From an uncultured bacterium (lineage in GTDB: Bacteria > Babelota > Babeliae > Babelales > JACPOV01), in contig CAVUUR010000006.1 of NCBI GenBank assembly GCA_963744715.1, positions 160,001-224,000 on the forward strand: DNA of 64,000 nucleotides. The letters run 5' to 3'. Below, piece after piece: positions 51,357-62,367 of the stretch; the first letter of the stretch is position 1, and every line of letters starts with the position of its first letter. The position numbers and the translations under genes are program-made. Under the pieces are notes generated by a model. The model saw only the letters and a program-made list of their open reading frames with translations, had not been told where the DNA came from and ran no database searches.

Positions 51357-52538
51357 TCATCTCATTATTTCTTTAGCTGGTTTTACGGATATCATGTGCT
51401 GATACTGATCATTTAAATAATTATCGATATGGCAAACAATTTTATCAGCAGCATAACCATCACCATACACTGAATTTTTTTTTCTTGTTGCATGATCTTT
51501 ATTGTATAATGTTTCCATAGCATCCAAAATAACAGCACTATCGGTTCCGGCTAAATGGCCAAGCCCTTCCCATATTCCCTCAGCGCGTTCTGTTTCATTA
51601 CGTAAAATTAATACATGCTTTCCTATGCTGATTGCTTCTTCATAAATACCTCCTGAATCAGTTGCAACCCACTCGGCATTGAGTAGTAGATAAATAAGAT
51701 TTTTATATAACAATGGTTTAAACATTATAATATTTTTTGTTGCACCTATATTTATTTGTTCGATTACCTGCACAACGTGAGGATTGGGATGATAAGGATA
51801 AACAATTACAACATCATCATGCTGTTGTGCAAATTTTTGCATTGCCGTCAGAATATTAGCAATGCCACCATTGAATGATTCGCGTCGATGTGCTGTTAAA
51901 AGAATTAATTTTTTCTTATTAATCATACATTCTTGAACTAATGAATAAATATCATGATCTATTGCTATATCCCGCGTAGCAATTTTTTCTTGCATAATAC
52001 GAAGCATGTCAACCACCGTGTTGCCACTATGTATAATACTATTGCGGTCAATATTTTCCGATAATAAATTACCAATTGCTAACGCAGTTGGCGCATAATG
52101 GAAAGAACTAATCATACTTACAAAACGCCTATTCATTTCTTCAGGAAATGGTCTTTTAATAGTTTCCGTACGCAATCCGGCCTCAACATGACCAATCGGA
52201 ATATTTAAATAAAATGCAGCTAACGCACCGGCCATGGTCGAGGTTGTATCTCCTTGCACTAAAACAAGTGATGGTTCTATTGTTACAAAAATATTTTTTA
52301 TTTTTTCAAGAATTGTCGTTGTTACATGAAATAAATCCTGACCATGTTGCATAATGTTAAGTTCTATGTCCGGATTTACATTAAACAAATCAAATACATC
52401 AGAAAGTAATTGCTTGTGTTGCGTAGTGGAACAGATGAGAACAGGAATATGTGCCATTTTTAAGCAAAAATAGATAGGCAACATCTTAATGCCCTCGGGG
52501 CGCGTTCCAATAATCAGAATAACTGGTTTTTTAATCAT
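51357..52538 (-). CDS. wecB: UDP-N-acetylglucosamine 2-epimerase (non-hydrolysing)
   Basis: GTRPEGIKM, VQGDT, HVEAGLR, PFPEEMNR, HRRE, TDSGG, YGDG. Confidence 0.96.
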   Translation of the reverse strand: MIKKPVILIIGTRPEGIKMLPIYFCLKMAHIPVLICSTTQHKQLLSDVFDLFNVNPDIELNIMQHGQDLFHVTTTILEKIKNIFVTIEPSLVLVQGDTTSTMAGALAAFYLNIPIGHVEAGLRTETIKRPFPEEMNRRFVSMISSFHYAPTALAIGNLLSENIDRNSIIHSGNTVVDMLRIMQEKIATRDIAIDHDIYSLVQECMINKKKLILLTAHRRESFNGGIANILTAMQKFAQQHDDVVIVYPYHPNPHVVQVIEQINIGATKNIIMFKPLLYKNLIYLLLNAEWVATDSGGIYEEAISIGKHVLILRNETERAEGIWEGLGHLAGTDSAVILDAMETLYNKDHATRKKNSVYGDGYAADKIVCHIDNYLNDQYQHMISVKPAKEIMR

Positions 52539-52881
52539 ACACTCTCCGCTTATAATACATTACAAGCAATGAGTAAGAAGATATCAGATATGATAGCCTT
52601 GGCAAGAACGTTTCATTTTTTTCTAAAATAATAGTATAATTAATTATTAGTTTTCTGATATATAGTAAAAATATGCAATAATAAAAAAATTGATCTAAAA
52701 AAAGTTAAAAATAACGCTCTATTTTGCTTTTCTAAAAAAACTTGTAATACTCTGATAATACTTTAGGATAAAATAGTATACTTATACTGTTCTCTTAATC
52801 AGTAAAATATTACAATTTGAGACAATAAATGTTACTATATAATAGAAATCAATATTCATTAGAATTGTTTTATGGAAAAAA

Positions 52882-54030
52882 ATGACAAAAGTTTTAATTT
52901 TTACGAGTTATGGTGGCGGTGGGCACATTTCTGCTTCGAATGCCATTGCTGATTACCTTAAGGAATCTTACGAAGTAACCATAGTACCCATTTTCGCAAC
53001 TCCTTTTAAGCAATTAGACCCTGTGCGTTTTATTACCTTTAAAAAATACAATGCAGAGGATGCCTATAATTATTTTCTTAGGAAACGTTGGATTCGCCTT
53101 TTAAATCTTACGTGCACGTTGGCATTAAAATCTGTTCCCTTTATAACAAATACCTTAGAAAAGGTTCTTATCGATCATATAAAAAAACATAATCCGGATT
53201 TAATCATTTCGGTAATTCCTATTGTTAACAATGTTGTGGCACAAGCCGCTAAACAGTGTAATATACCCTTTTTAATTATTCCAACTGATCTTGATACAAC
53301 AACATTTATTAAGGGGCTTACTATCAAAGAACATGATGATTTTTTTATAGGATTTGCATTTGACGATCCCGATTTGTTGCAAATCGCAAACAATGTTAAA
53401 ATACCTCGATCAAAAGTTGGCATTACCGGATTTCCTTTACGAAGGTCTTTTTTTGAACCAAAAAATAAACAGGCCATTAAAGAACATTTTTCTATCCCTT
53501 CAAACAAACCGGTAATTCTACTATTAATGGGAGCCGTCGGTTCTCAGGCAATTTATCGTTATGTAAAAGCAATGGCAACTATTGATATGTCTTTTCATCT
53601 CATTGTCTGCTTGGGAAGAAATGAGGGATTGCGTAAAAGGATTGAAGCAATTCCATTAAAATCTACCGCTTCTCTATCAATTTTTGGTTTTACCGAACAT
53701 ATTGCAGATCTTATGGCCGTATCCGATTTTTGCATTGCAAAACCTGGTTCAGTAAGTGTTTGTGAAGCAATTTACATGAACTTACCGTTAATTTTAGATG
53801 CAACGTCAAAAAGTTTATTGTGGGAAAATTTTAATTTACTGTTCATACAACGACACTCTTTTGGTAACATTGTTAAAAAAAATAATCAAATACAATCAAT
53901 GATTGTTAAGTATTTAAAAGATCCTTCCTATGTCGCTGAGTTAAAAACCAATTTAAAAGCATTCAGAAAAGAACGCTTTAATAATCATATAAAATCGTTA
54001 GTTGAAACAATGCTAAAAAGGGATATGTAA
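52882..54030 (+). CDS. MGDG synthase/UgtP-like glycosyltransferase (GT28)
   Basis: GGGGHISAS, IPTD, TGFP, LLMGAVG, GRNE, KPG. Confidence 0.85.
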   Translation: MTKVLIFTSYGGGGHISASNAIADYLKESYEVTIVPIFATPFKQLDPVRFITFKKYNAEDAYNYFLRKRWIRLLNLTCTLALKSVPFITNTLEKVLIDHIKKHNPDLIISVIPIVNNVVAQAAKQCNIPFLIIPTDLDTTTFIKGLTIKEHDDFFIGFAFDDPDLLQIANNVKIPRSKVGITGFPLRRSFFEPKNKQAIKEHFSIPSNKPVILLLMGAVGSQAIYRYVKAMATIDMSFHLIVCLGRNEGLRKRIEAIPLKSTASLSIFGFTEHIADLMAVSDFCIAKPGSVSVCEAIYMNLPLILDATSKSLLWENFNLLFIQRHSFGNIVKKNNQIQSMIVKYLKDPSYVAELKTNLKAFRKERFNNHIKSLVETMLKRDM

Positions 54031-54032
54031 CT

Positions 54033-54356
54033 ATGCAAAAAAGCATTGCTATGTTCTATGTGCCAACTGGATCATTGCAAGAAGCAGAAGTTATTGTTCA
54101 ACAATTGTTGCAAAAAAGATTGATAGCCTGCGCTCAAATTATGCCGGCAACTAGTTTTTATTGGTGGCAAGGAACTATCAATCAATCACCAGAGCAGATT
54201 ATTATTGCGAAAACTATTCCTGAAAAAAATGTATTAGTAACGGAACACATTAAAAAAATACACTCATATACAACGCCATGCATCGCAACGTTTGTGGTGA
54301 TGGTTAATGATGATTATTATCAATGGGTTATACATGAACTTGAGCAATCCCAATAG
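54033..54356 (+). CDS. cutA: Divalent-cation tolerance protein CutA
   Basis: LIACAQI, SFYWWQG, HSYTTPCI, YYQWV. Confidence 0.93.
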   Translation: MQKSIAMFYVPTGSLQEAEVIVQQLLQKRLIACAQIMPATSFYWWQGTINQSPEQIIIAKTIPEKNVLVTEHIKKIHSYTTPCIATFVVMVNDDYYQWVIHELEQSQ

Positions 54357-55188
54357 TATTTCAAATAACCATTCATTAGATAGTCCAACAATAGAAGGCT
54401 TTCAAAAAACAATTTGGCATTATTTTAATACTCATGGCCGCGTTTTTGATTGGCGAAAAACTAGCGATCCGTATCATATCGTTGTTTCAGAAATTATGTT
54501 ACAACAAACACAAACGTTTCGCGTTGCAGAAAAATTTTCAGCATTTATTGCTCGATTTCCCGATTTTAAAACGTTAGCGCATGCTCATTTTCGTGATGTG
54601 CTCTTTTATTGGCAGGGCTTAGGATATAACCGACGTTGTTTGGCTTTACATGCATTGGCACAAAAAGTAGTTAATCAATATAATAGTACACTTCCCGATA
54701 ATCCGGACATATTAATTACCTTTCCCGGCATAGGTAAAGCAACGGCCGCCTCAGTTTGCGCATTCGCATTTAATCAACCAACTATTTTTATTGAAACCAA
54801 TATTCGTAGCGTGTATATTCATTTCTTTTTTCAACACAAAAACGCCGTAACCGATAAAGAATTATATCCACTCGTTGCGCAAACAGTGGATCATACTAAC
54901 CCAAGAAACTGGTATTATGCACTTATGGATTATGGCGTAATGCTCAAAAAAAAATATCCTAACCCCAGCAGAAAAAGTGCCCACCATAATCAACAAAGTA
55001 AATTTGAAGGATCGGATAGACAAATTCGTGGGCAGATTCTCAAAGCATTAACCCATTACCCTGCATTAACGTGCGAACAATTATTGGATATTACTCAACG
55101 CGAACCGGATCGTGTAACAAAAATTATCGATGATTTATGCAAAGAAGGTTTTATCAAACAACGTGATAATCACTATTCGCTGACATAA
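54334..55188 (+). CDS. mutY: Short A/G-specific adenine glycosylase (MutY-like, no Fe-S motif)
   Basis: WRKTSDPY..VSEIMLQQTQ, WQGLGYNRR, PGIGKATA, ETNIR, ALMDYG. Confidence 0.88.
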   Translation: MNLSNPNSISNNHSLDSPTIEGFQKTIWHYFNTHGRVFDWRKTSDPYHIVVSEIMLQQTQTFRVAEKFSAFIARFPDFKTLAHAHFRDVLFYWQGLGYNRRCLALHALAQKVVNQYNSTLPDNPDILITFPGIGKATAASVCAFAFNQPTIFIETNIRSVYIHFFFQHKNAVTDKELYPLVAQTVDHTNPRNWYYALMDYGVMLKKKYPNPSRKSAHHNQQSKFEGSDRQIRGQILKALTHYPALTCEQLLDITQREPDRVTKIIDDLCKEGFIKQRDNHYSLT

Positions 55189-55194
55189 TTATGA

Positions 55195-56966
55195 TTATTC
55201 TTTACTAAAGCCCTCAAGAGGTGGAAATTCAACATCAAAATATCCTTTGGCCATATAATTTTCAACCAATTCTTTTCCCGATCTTGCAACAAACCCTCGA
55301 TGATACCATTGTCCGTTAGTAGAATCTATGATATAAGTAAAAAGACCGGTATCAAATGAATTATCTTGATAAATAATCGCACCAGGAAGGGTAATAAGAT
55401 GATCCTTTTTCCCCCCATTTGCCTACTTGGTGTTGTTGCTTGCTTACCCCATTGCTGTACATAGGTATCAACATCTGGCGAAAATCCATGAACGAGAATA
55501 GTTTTTGTGCGTTCACTATCAATGGTATATTTTTTATTTTCTGGGTCAGTATAACCTTGCTTTTGCAATGCTGATAGTGGATCGGTTAACCACCGAGTAA
55601 CCCATGGAGTATAGGAAGGTTTGCCGGAAATAGTTAGTTGATTTTCCGTATCGGTCTTAAAAAGTTTGATAACAACGTTATTCTTAACGTCATTAATAGT
55701 TATATAATCTTCAGTTTCTTTATTACTTTCATCGACAAACTCTTGTTCCTCTTCCTCGCAAACATTATCAATCAAATCTTCTTTCTGATGAAATTTTTCC
55801 TTACTCTCTTGTAATGGCAAGAATTGTTTTTTATTTTTTTTCTTTTGCTTTGCGCTGCTAGTTTTTTGTTTTAATAAATCGGGAAGCCATTCTTGATTTT
55901 CACCCCTTGCAAGCGCATTAGATTCGTCCCGCAATAATGATTCTGGTAAGACTGCTGTGTCAGGAGAACCAGTTTCAACGTTAAATTTTTTTAAATAAGC
56001 GAGAACCTTAACATTTTTGTTATCTGCTTTACGTTCAATATCTATGGTACTCTTAATTTCTTTATAGAGCTCTCCATAATATTTATTAAATTTATCTTTA
56101 TTTTCCTGATATTTTTGTACTAAAACTTTGAGATTTCTAATGTACGTATGAAGATTTTCATCGTCTGCAACATTAAAGCCTTCACGTGATGACTCCTCTA
56201 ATAGATTAGCAGTATACTGATTTATGCATTCTACGCCACACTTGAGACCTATCAAAAATTCATTTAATTTTGTATTCTGTTTTGAAAAAATACTATTATA
56301 CGATTTACCAATTTCACGCATAGAATTGAATAAATTTGATACGTTCGTTTCATTAATTTTAGTAGCTTGCTTCATATTCATATTGTACTGAAAAGTTTGT
56401 GCCATTCTTTTGATTTCTTTGTTTGCACTGTACTTATACTGCTCAATAAATCTCTGTGTATGTTCATTATTTTGCGCCGTCAAATTGCTATGTGCAAGTT
56501 CATAAACACTCTCATTTTCAGGTTGTGAAGGGGGTTTTACATTTGAAAACACTGACATAAAAAGAGAAGAATTTCTTATGACAGCCGCAACAGCCTCTGG
56601 CGTTTTCATAGATAAATAGCAAAAATCTAAAGGTTCTTTAAACCCACTTACTACAGTCTCTCCTTTCAAAATAAAAGATGATTTACTTATTTTTTGACAA
56701 TGTTCTTCGCTTTGAACATATCCTTGTATCTGATTAATAAATGTATCTTGTATCAAAAAACCATTAGCAGCTTTTTGTAAGGTTTTTAAATATTCTTCAG
56801 ATTTCATTGATGGAGAATATCCACATAATGTTTTAATATCAACCGGAACACTTTTCTTCTTTTTATTTTTCGCTTGCACGGTTTTTGGTGTAATTTCTGA
56901 AAGTTCCATCGAAAATAATAAAGGTTGCAATAAAAAAGTACTCAGTAATAATAATGATAATTTCAT
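55195..56966 (-). CDS. Signal-peptide hypothetical protein, one frameshift at a G6/A5 homopolymer near 55410
   Basis: Start MKLSLLLLSTFLLQPLLFS-ME. After the shift it continues KDHLITLPGAIIYQDNSFDTGLFTYIIDSTNGQWYHRGF...FPPLEGFSKE to a stop at 55195. Confidence 0.7.
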
Positions 56967-57257
56967 AATTAAATAACTTTCATAGAAAAAATAATATTGA
57001 TAAATTAGCCCTATAATCAATATTAATACAAAAATGAAAAATTACAAATGCATTGGGTATGCTTGCGAAAATCACTCAATTATAAATTTAACAAGCATAT
57101 CACTGTGTCAAAAAAATCATAATTGAATCATATTTTAATTTTTAACCTATCTTAATAAAATTTATTTACCAAGATATTAACCTATTTTTGTTGTATACTT
57201 TTTATTATTCTGGTTTAAAAAAATATCAATAATAGCCAAGCCCCAATAGGATTATGT

Positions 57258-58493
57258 ATGAATACATTACAACATATTGATCATGAATTATGGCTCATTA
57301 TAGAACAGGAAAAAATTCGAGAACAAACAACCATAAATTTAATTGCGTCAGAAAATTACGTTCATCCCGCTGTGTTAGAAGCTACTGGCTCAATTTTGAC
57401 TAATAAGTATGCCGAAGGCTATCCAAATAAACGATATTATGCCGGATGCCAAATAGTTGATAAAGCAGAATTGCTAGCGCAACAACGTTGCCAACAATTA
57501 TTTAATGCAGAACATGTTAATGTACAACCACATGCCGGATCACAAGCAAATTTTGCCGTGTATTATGCTGCACTTAATCCAGGCGACACTATTATGGGCA
57601 TGAGCTTATCAGAAGGAGGACATTTAACACATGGTCATGCGGTTAATGCCTCCGGTACATTTTTCAAAAGCATTCAATATGCGGTGGATAAAAATACTGA
57701 GCAACTTGATTATGATGCTATTGAACAGTTAGCCCATCAACATAAACCAAAATTAATTATTGCAGGAGCCTCCGCATATTCGCGCACGATTGATTTTAAT
57801 CGATTTTCAAGCATTGCTAAAAATGTAGGTGCTTTTTTTATGGCAGATATAGCACACATTGCAGGCCTTGTTGCTACAAATCTACATCCCTCGCCAGTAC
57901 CGGTTGCTGATTTTGTCACGAGTACTACCCATAAAACATTGCGTGGGCCACGAGGCGGTTTGATTATGTGTAAAAAACAACATGCATCAATAATTGATCG
58001 TGCAATTATGCCGGGAACGCAAGGCGGACCCTTTATGCACATCATCGCTGCAAAAGCTGTTGCCTTTAAATTAGCACAAGAACCTGCATTTATAGAATAT
58101 CAAAAACAGGTTATTGAGAATGCTCAAACAATGGTACAAGAATTTAAAAATCTTGGTTATCGCATCGTTGCTGATGGTACCGATACCCATTTATTTGTCA
58201 TTGATTTACGTTCAAAACAATTAAACGGTAAAATAGCACAAGAAGTGCTTGACACTATTGGTATTACAGCCAGTAGAAGCTGTGTTCCTTTTGATACGCA
58301 ACCGCCATGGATAACCAGTGGCATACGATTCGGAACACCAGCCATAACAACGCGCGGCATGAAAAAAGATGCTGTTATTGCTATCGCTCACGTTATTCAT
58401 GAAGCATTACACAATATTGAGAATTCAAAAAAATTAGCGGTACTAAAACATGAAGTAGAACAATTGGCTAAAAAATTTCCAATCTATGCATAA
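57258..58493 (+). CDS. glyA: Serine hydroxymethyltransferase
   Basis: LIASEN, NKYAEGYP, GGHLTHG, STTHKTLRGPRGG, SGIRFGTPA. Confidence 0.98.
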   Translation: MNTLQHIDHELWLIIEQEKIREQTTINLIASENYVHPAVLEATGSILTNKYAEGYPNKRYYAGCQIVDKAELLAQQRCQQLFNAEHVNVQPHAGSQANFAVYYAALNPGDTIMGMSLSEGGHLTHGHAVNASGTFFKSIQYAVDKNTEQLDYDAIEQLAHQHKPKLIIAGASAYSRTIDFNRFSSIAKNVGAFFMADIAHIAGLVATNLHPSPVPVADFVTSTTHKTLRGPRGGLIMCKKQHASIIDRAIMPGTQGGPFMHIIAAKAVAFKLAQEPAFIEYQKQVIENAQTMVQEFKNLGYRIVADGTDTHLFVIDLRSKQLNGKIAQEVLDTIGITASRSCVPFDTQPPWITSGIRFGTPAITTRGMKKDAVIAIAHVIHEALHNIENSKKLAVLKHEVEQLAKKFPIYA

Positions 58494-58575
58494 TTGTTGC
58501 GACACATTTTTTCTTTTTTTGCTATATACTTGATCACAACATATACTACCTACCTTTATAATCATCTGGAAATGT

Positions 58576-59904
58576 ATGCATAATTTTTATACTGATGGCT
58601 GGCTTAAAAAAAAAGTCGGCAACAGCCTTGAAGAAATTCATAAATCAATCAACATTCCTCATAATGGCTCATTTATACAAAAAATGCTTTCATTCGCTGG
58701 GCCTGGCTACTTGGTAGCTGTCGGCTACATGGATCCTGGTAATTGGGCAACTGATTTGGCCGGAGGTTCCGCATTTGGTTACACCTTATTATCAGTTATC
58801 ATGCTATCAAATATTATGGCAATTATTTTACAATACCTTTCTATTAAATTAGGTATTGTGAGTGGCCGAGATTTAGCACAAGCATGCCGCGATCATTATT
58901 CACGCAGCACTACTATATTTTTATGGATATTGGCCGAAATTGCGATTATTGCCTGCGATTTGGCAGAAGTAATTGGTTCCGCTATTGCGCTGTATCTTTT
59001 ATTTCATATCCCATTAGCAGTCGGTGTAATTATCACCGCTGGTAATGTAGCATTAATTTTTATGCTCCAACATTATAACTTTCGTTACGTCGAATCATTA
59101 GTTATCATGCTGATTACTATTATTATGATCTGTTTTATCACGATCATTATAATGGCTCAACCATCACTCACACAATTGCTAAAAGGATTTATTCCAACAA
59201 CAGAACTGTTTACTAATACCGAAATGCTCTATATTGCGGTTGGTATTTTAGGAGCAACCGTAATGCCACACAATCTTTATTTGCATTCTGCTATAGTGCA
59301 AACACGCAATAATGAAGAAACAGAAAAAGGCAAGCGCGAAGCATTATGGTTTTTTACGCTTGATTCAACGATCGCTCTTTCATTAGCATTTTTTGTGAAC
59401 GCTGCAATTTTAATTGTTGCCGCCGCCGTATTTCATGTGAACAGTATGTACCATGTAGCGCAATTAGGAGATGCCTATTTATTATTGTCACCATTATTGG
59501 GCACCGGTGCGGCCAGCATTATATTTGCTTTAGCACTTTTGCTCTCTGGGCAAAATGCAACGTTGACCGGAACATTGGCAGGGCAAATAATTATGGAAGG
59601 TTTTATTGATATCAAAATTCCACCATGGGCACGCAGGCTCATTAGTAGATCATTAGCAATTATTCCTGCAATGATAGTAATTGTATTATTTGGTGAACAA
59701 AAACTTTCACAATTATTATTATTGAGTCAGGTTATTTTAAGTCTGCAATTGCCCTTTGCTGTATTTCCCCTCGTGCGTTTTACCAGCCAAAAAGATAAAA
59801 TGCACAATTTTGTAAATAGTTTGCTTATGCAAATCATTGCTTATGGCATCGCTTTTCTTATAGCATTGCTCAATATATGGCTTATCTATAAAGCTATCAT
59901 ATAA
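58576..59904 (+). CDS. mntH: NRAMP-family Mn2+/Fe2+ transporter
   Basis: AVGYMDPGNWAT, GATVMPHNLYLHS, AGQIIMEGF, LSLQLPFA. Confidence 0.96.
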   Translation: MHNFYTDGWLKKKVGNSLEEIHKSINIPHNGSFIQKMLSFAGPGYLVAVGYMDPGNWATDLAGGSAFGYTLLSVIMLSNIMAIILQYLSIKLGIVSGRDLAQACRDHYSRSTTIFLWILAEIAIIACDLAEVIGSAIALYLLFHIPLAVGVIITAGNVALIFMLQHYNFRYVESLVIMLITIIMICFITIIIMAQPSLTQLLKGFIPTTELFTNTEMLYIAVGILGATVMPHNLYLHSAIVQTRNNEETEKGKREALWFFTLDSTIALSLAFFVNAAILIVAAAVFHVNSMYHVAQLGDAYLLLSPLLGTGAASIIFALALLLSGQNATLTGTLAGQIIMEGFIDIKIPPWARRLISRSLAIIPAMIVIVLFGEQKLSQLLLLSQVILSLQLPFAVFPLVRFTSQKDKMHNFVNSLLMQIIAYGIAFLIALLNIWLIYKAII

Positions 59905-59940
59905 ATAACTAACCTATGTAAAAAAGACTTTGCTTAAATA

Positions 59941-59970
59941 TTGCAATGCGTGCAGCAAGGGCAGTAGTAT
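59941..59970 (+). promoter_or_regulatory. Putative promoter TTGCAA-N18-TAGTAT
   Basis: Same architecture and GCAG-TA junction as the promoters of the 42-45 kb ankyrin genes. Confidence 0.5.
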
Positions 59971-60001
59971 AAAAGCAAAATAATTCAAAAAAGGAGCATG
60001 A

Positions 60002-62173
60002 ATGAATAAAAAAATAGTTGTATGCATCAGCATATTATCACTTTATAGCACAGCCACATTTGGCATGAGCGATCAAGCAAAACTACAAGACATATTAACA
60101 AAGTTTAAGAGCCCAGGCATCGCCGGTACTAAATATACAAATTTATTGACAGCAATAAATGCATTCACGGGTGATGTAAATACCAAATTTACTAATGGTT
60201 CAAGGCTGCTTATAGAACTTGCAAAAGATTCCAGCCCATCAATAATAGAACCTATAAAGGCACTGCTAGGTAAAGGGGCCGATCCTGCATTAAAAGATGG
60301 TAACGACTGGAAGGCTATTGATTATGCATCCAATGCCAATAAGGATGTATTTAATTTATTGCTAGAAACACAGAACAACTTACAAGATTTTGTGGAGGCT
60401 GCAAAAAAAGGTGATATGAAAATTGTACGCGATTTCCTTGCAAAATCACCTGAAAAAATTAATAATTTTGCACCGACAAGAATCGGCGGCCAGCAATTAA
60501 ATGCTCTCATGGCAGCAGCCGCTAATAGTAGACTTCCTATGATCAACGAATTGTTATCAAACCAATACAAAGCGGATGTAAATATACAAAATGAAAATGG
60601 CTATACGGCACTCATTCTTGCTTGCATTACTCCTGATAATAGACAAGTAATAGAGGCGCTTCTTAAGGCTGGCGCCGATGCCACAATAGCTGATAAAAAT
60701 GGGCAAACCGCATTAATGCATGCAATTTTAAGTAAAAATATCAGCGTTGTAGATGGCTTAGTCAAAAAATCAGATATTAATGCTCTCGATAAAAACGATA
60801 AAACAGTATTGGATTTAGCCAATGATGCAAACATGTCTAAGATAGCTGCGAGCTTAAAAAAATTGTACGGTGCAAAAACGTATACAGAACTTCAGGCACA
60901 ACCACCGGCTCCCGCCCAAATAACAGTTAAAGAATTTGTGCAAGCTGCTCACGATGGCGATCTTGCAAAAGTACAACAATTTCTCGCAAATCCGGAGAGC
61001 GTTAAAAAAATTAATGAGTTTGCAGACATACGAGAAGAGGGCATACAACCAATTACATCTAATGCTTTATTTGCAGCCGTAAAAGAATCAAAAGAAGCTA
61101 TTATAAATGAACTAGTTAAACATAGAGAGCTTGCTATAAACACGCAAGATCAAAATAAAAATACTGCGCTCCACGTTGCAGTTTTCAAGGAAAACCAGAA
61201 TATTATTACAACATTATTAAATAACGGTGCAAATCCAAATATTCGAGACTCCTTCGGCATGACTCCCCTAATGCGTGCCGTTCAGATGAACAATACCGAT
61301 AGCGTAAATGCATTATTAAATAACCAAAAAACCGATGCTAACCTGAAATCGAACAAGGATTTCCCACAAACTTGGGAAACTGCTTTATGGATTGCTCTTA
61401 ATAAGGGAAACCCGAATAAGGATATTATTAAAGCATTAGTAGATAAAGGTGCAGATATTACTATTAAAAATCGTCAAGGCAAACTGCCCCTGCAATTTGC
61501 TCGAGATAACAACCTCACGGAAATTGAGACAATTTTAGAACAAAAATCACCCTCTATTGAAACAAAGCTCAAGGCTCTTGAACAAGCAATTGAAAAAAAT
61601 TTGCCTGCTGAAGTAAAGGATCTTTTACGAGATGCAGATATCAAGAATCATATTAATGATTTGACAACAATAAATAACGAGAAGAGAACATTTCTTACCT
61701 ATGCTGCAGGTCAAAGAAATATAGATCATACTATTATTCAAGCATTACTTGGTGCCGGGGCAAATATTAATGGAACGGATCATATGGGCGATACAGCTCT
61801 TATGCAAGCAGTCTTAGCGAATAATCAAAGCTTGGTAACGCTATTATTAGATAATAATGCTAACGTTAATGCGCAATCTGAGGCTGGAGATAAAGCTACA
61901 GCATTAATGTTAGCCGCAGAATGGGCGCCGCACCTAATATCATTGTTACTTGCGCGTGGAGCAAGGATTGATTTGAAAAACAAATATGAGGAGACTGCTT
62001 TGGATATAGCCAAACGGAATAATAATGGGGATTCTATAAAATTTCTTGAAGAAGCAGCGAAAAAACAACAACCTTCACAACAAGTGGATCTTGGCACGGT
62101 ATATCAAAATCTAATGCAACTTAATACTGCATTGCGAACATTACAACAAACATTGCGACCCAGCTTTCGCTAA
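60002..62173 (+). CDS. Secreted multi-module ankyrin-repeat protein
   Basis: Signal peptide then MS; many ankyrin repeats; AAGGAG RBS. Confidence 0.93.
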   Translation: MNKKIVVCISILSLYSTATFGMSDQAKLQDILTKFKSPGIAGTKYTNLLTAINAFTGDVNTKFTNGSRLLIELAKDSSPSIIEPIKALLGKGADPALKDGNDWKAIDYASNANKDVFNLLLETQNNLQDFVEAAKKGDMKIVRDFLAKSPEKINNFAPTRIGGQQLNALMAAAANSRLPMINELLSNQYKADVNIQNENGYTALILACITPDNRQVIEALLKAGADATIADKNGQTALMHAILSKNISVVDGLVKKSDINALDKNDKTVLDLANDANMSKIAASLKKLYGAKTYTELQAQPPAPAQITVKEFVQAAHDGDLAKVQQFLANPESVKKINEFADIREEGIQPITSNALFAAVKESKEAIINELVKHRELAINTQDQNKNTALHVAVFKENQNIITTLLNNGANPNIRDSFGMTPLMRAVQMNNTDSVNALLNNQKTDANLKSNKDFPQTWETALWIALNKGNPNKDIIKALVDKGADITIKNRQGKLPLQFARDNNLTEIETILEQKSPSIETKLKALEQAIEKNLPAEVKDLLRDADIKNHINDLTTINNEKRTFLTYAAGQRNIDHTIIQALLGAGANINGTDHMGDTALMQAVLANNQSLVTLLLDNNANVNAQSEAGDKATALMLAAEWAPHLISLLLARGARIDLKNKYEETALDIAKRNNNGDSIKFLEEAAKKQQPSQQVDLGTVYQNLMQLNTALRTLQQTLRPSFR

Positions 62174-62196
62174 CGCATAATTAATTAATACCTATC

Positions 62197-62229
62197 AGGC
62201 CTCGTGGAAAAAATTCACGAGGCCTTTTT
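62197..62229 (+). terminator. Intrinsic terminator
   Basis: aggcctcgtgg-aaaaaa-ttcacgaggcc followed by a T-tract. Confidence 0.85.
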
Positions 62230-62299
62230 GTCTCTAACGATAAAGATACCTTAAAATCAATGAATAATTGTTGAGATTAATAAAAAACATTGTGAATTA

Positions 62300-62329
62300 T
62301 TGCAATTAATATACAAAAAATGCTATTAT
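62300..62329 (+). promoter_or_regulatory. Putative promoter TTGCAA-N18-TATTAT with extended TG
   Basis: Upstream of ankyrin gene 62368. Confidence 0.5.
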
Positions 62330-62367
62330 AAAATATAAAGTAAACAACCCGAAGTGAGGAGAACTCA

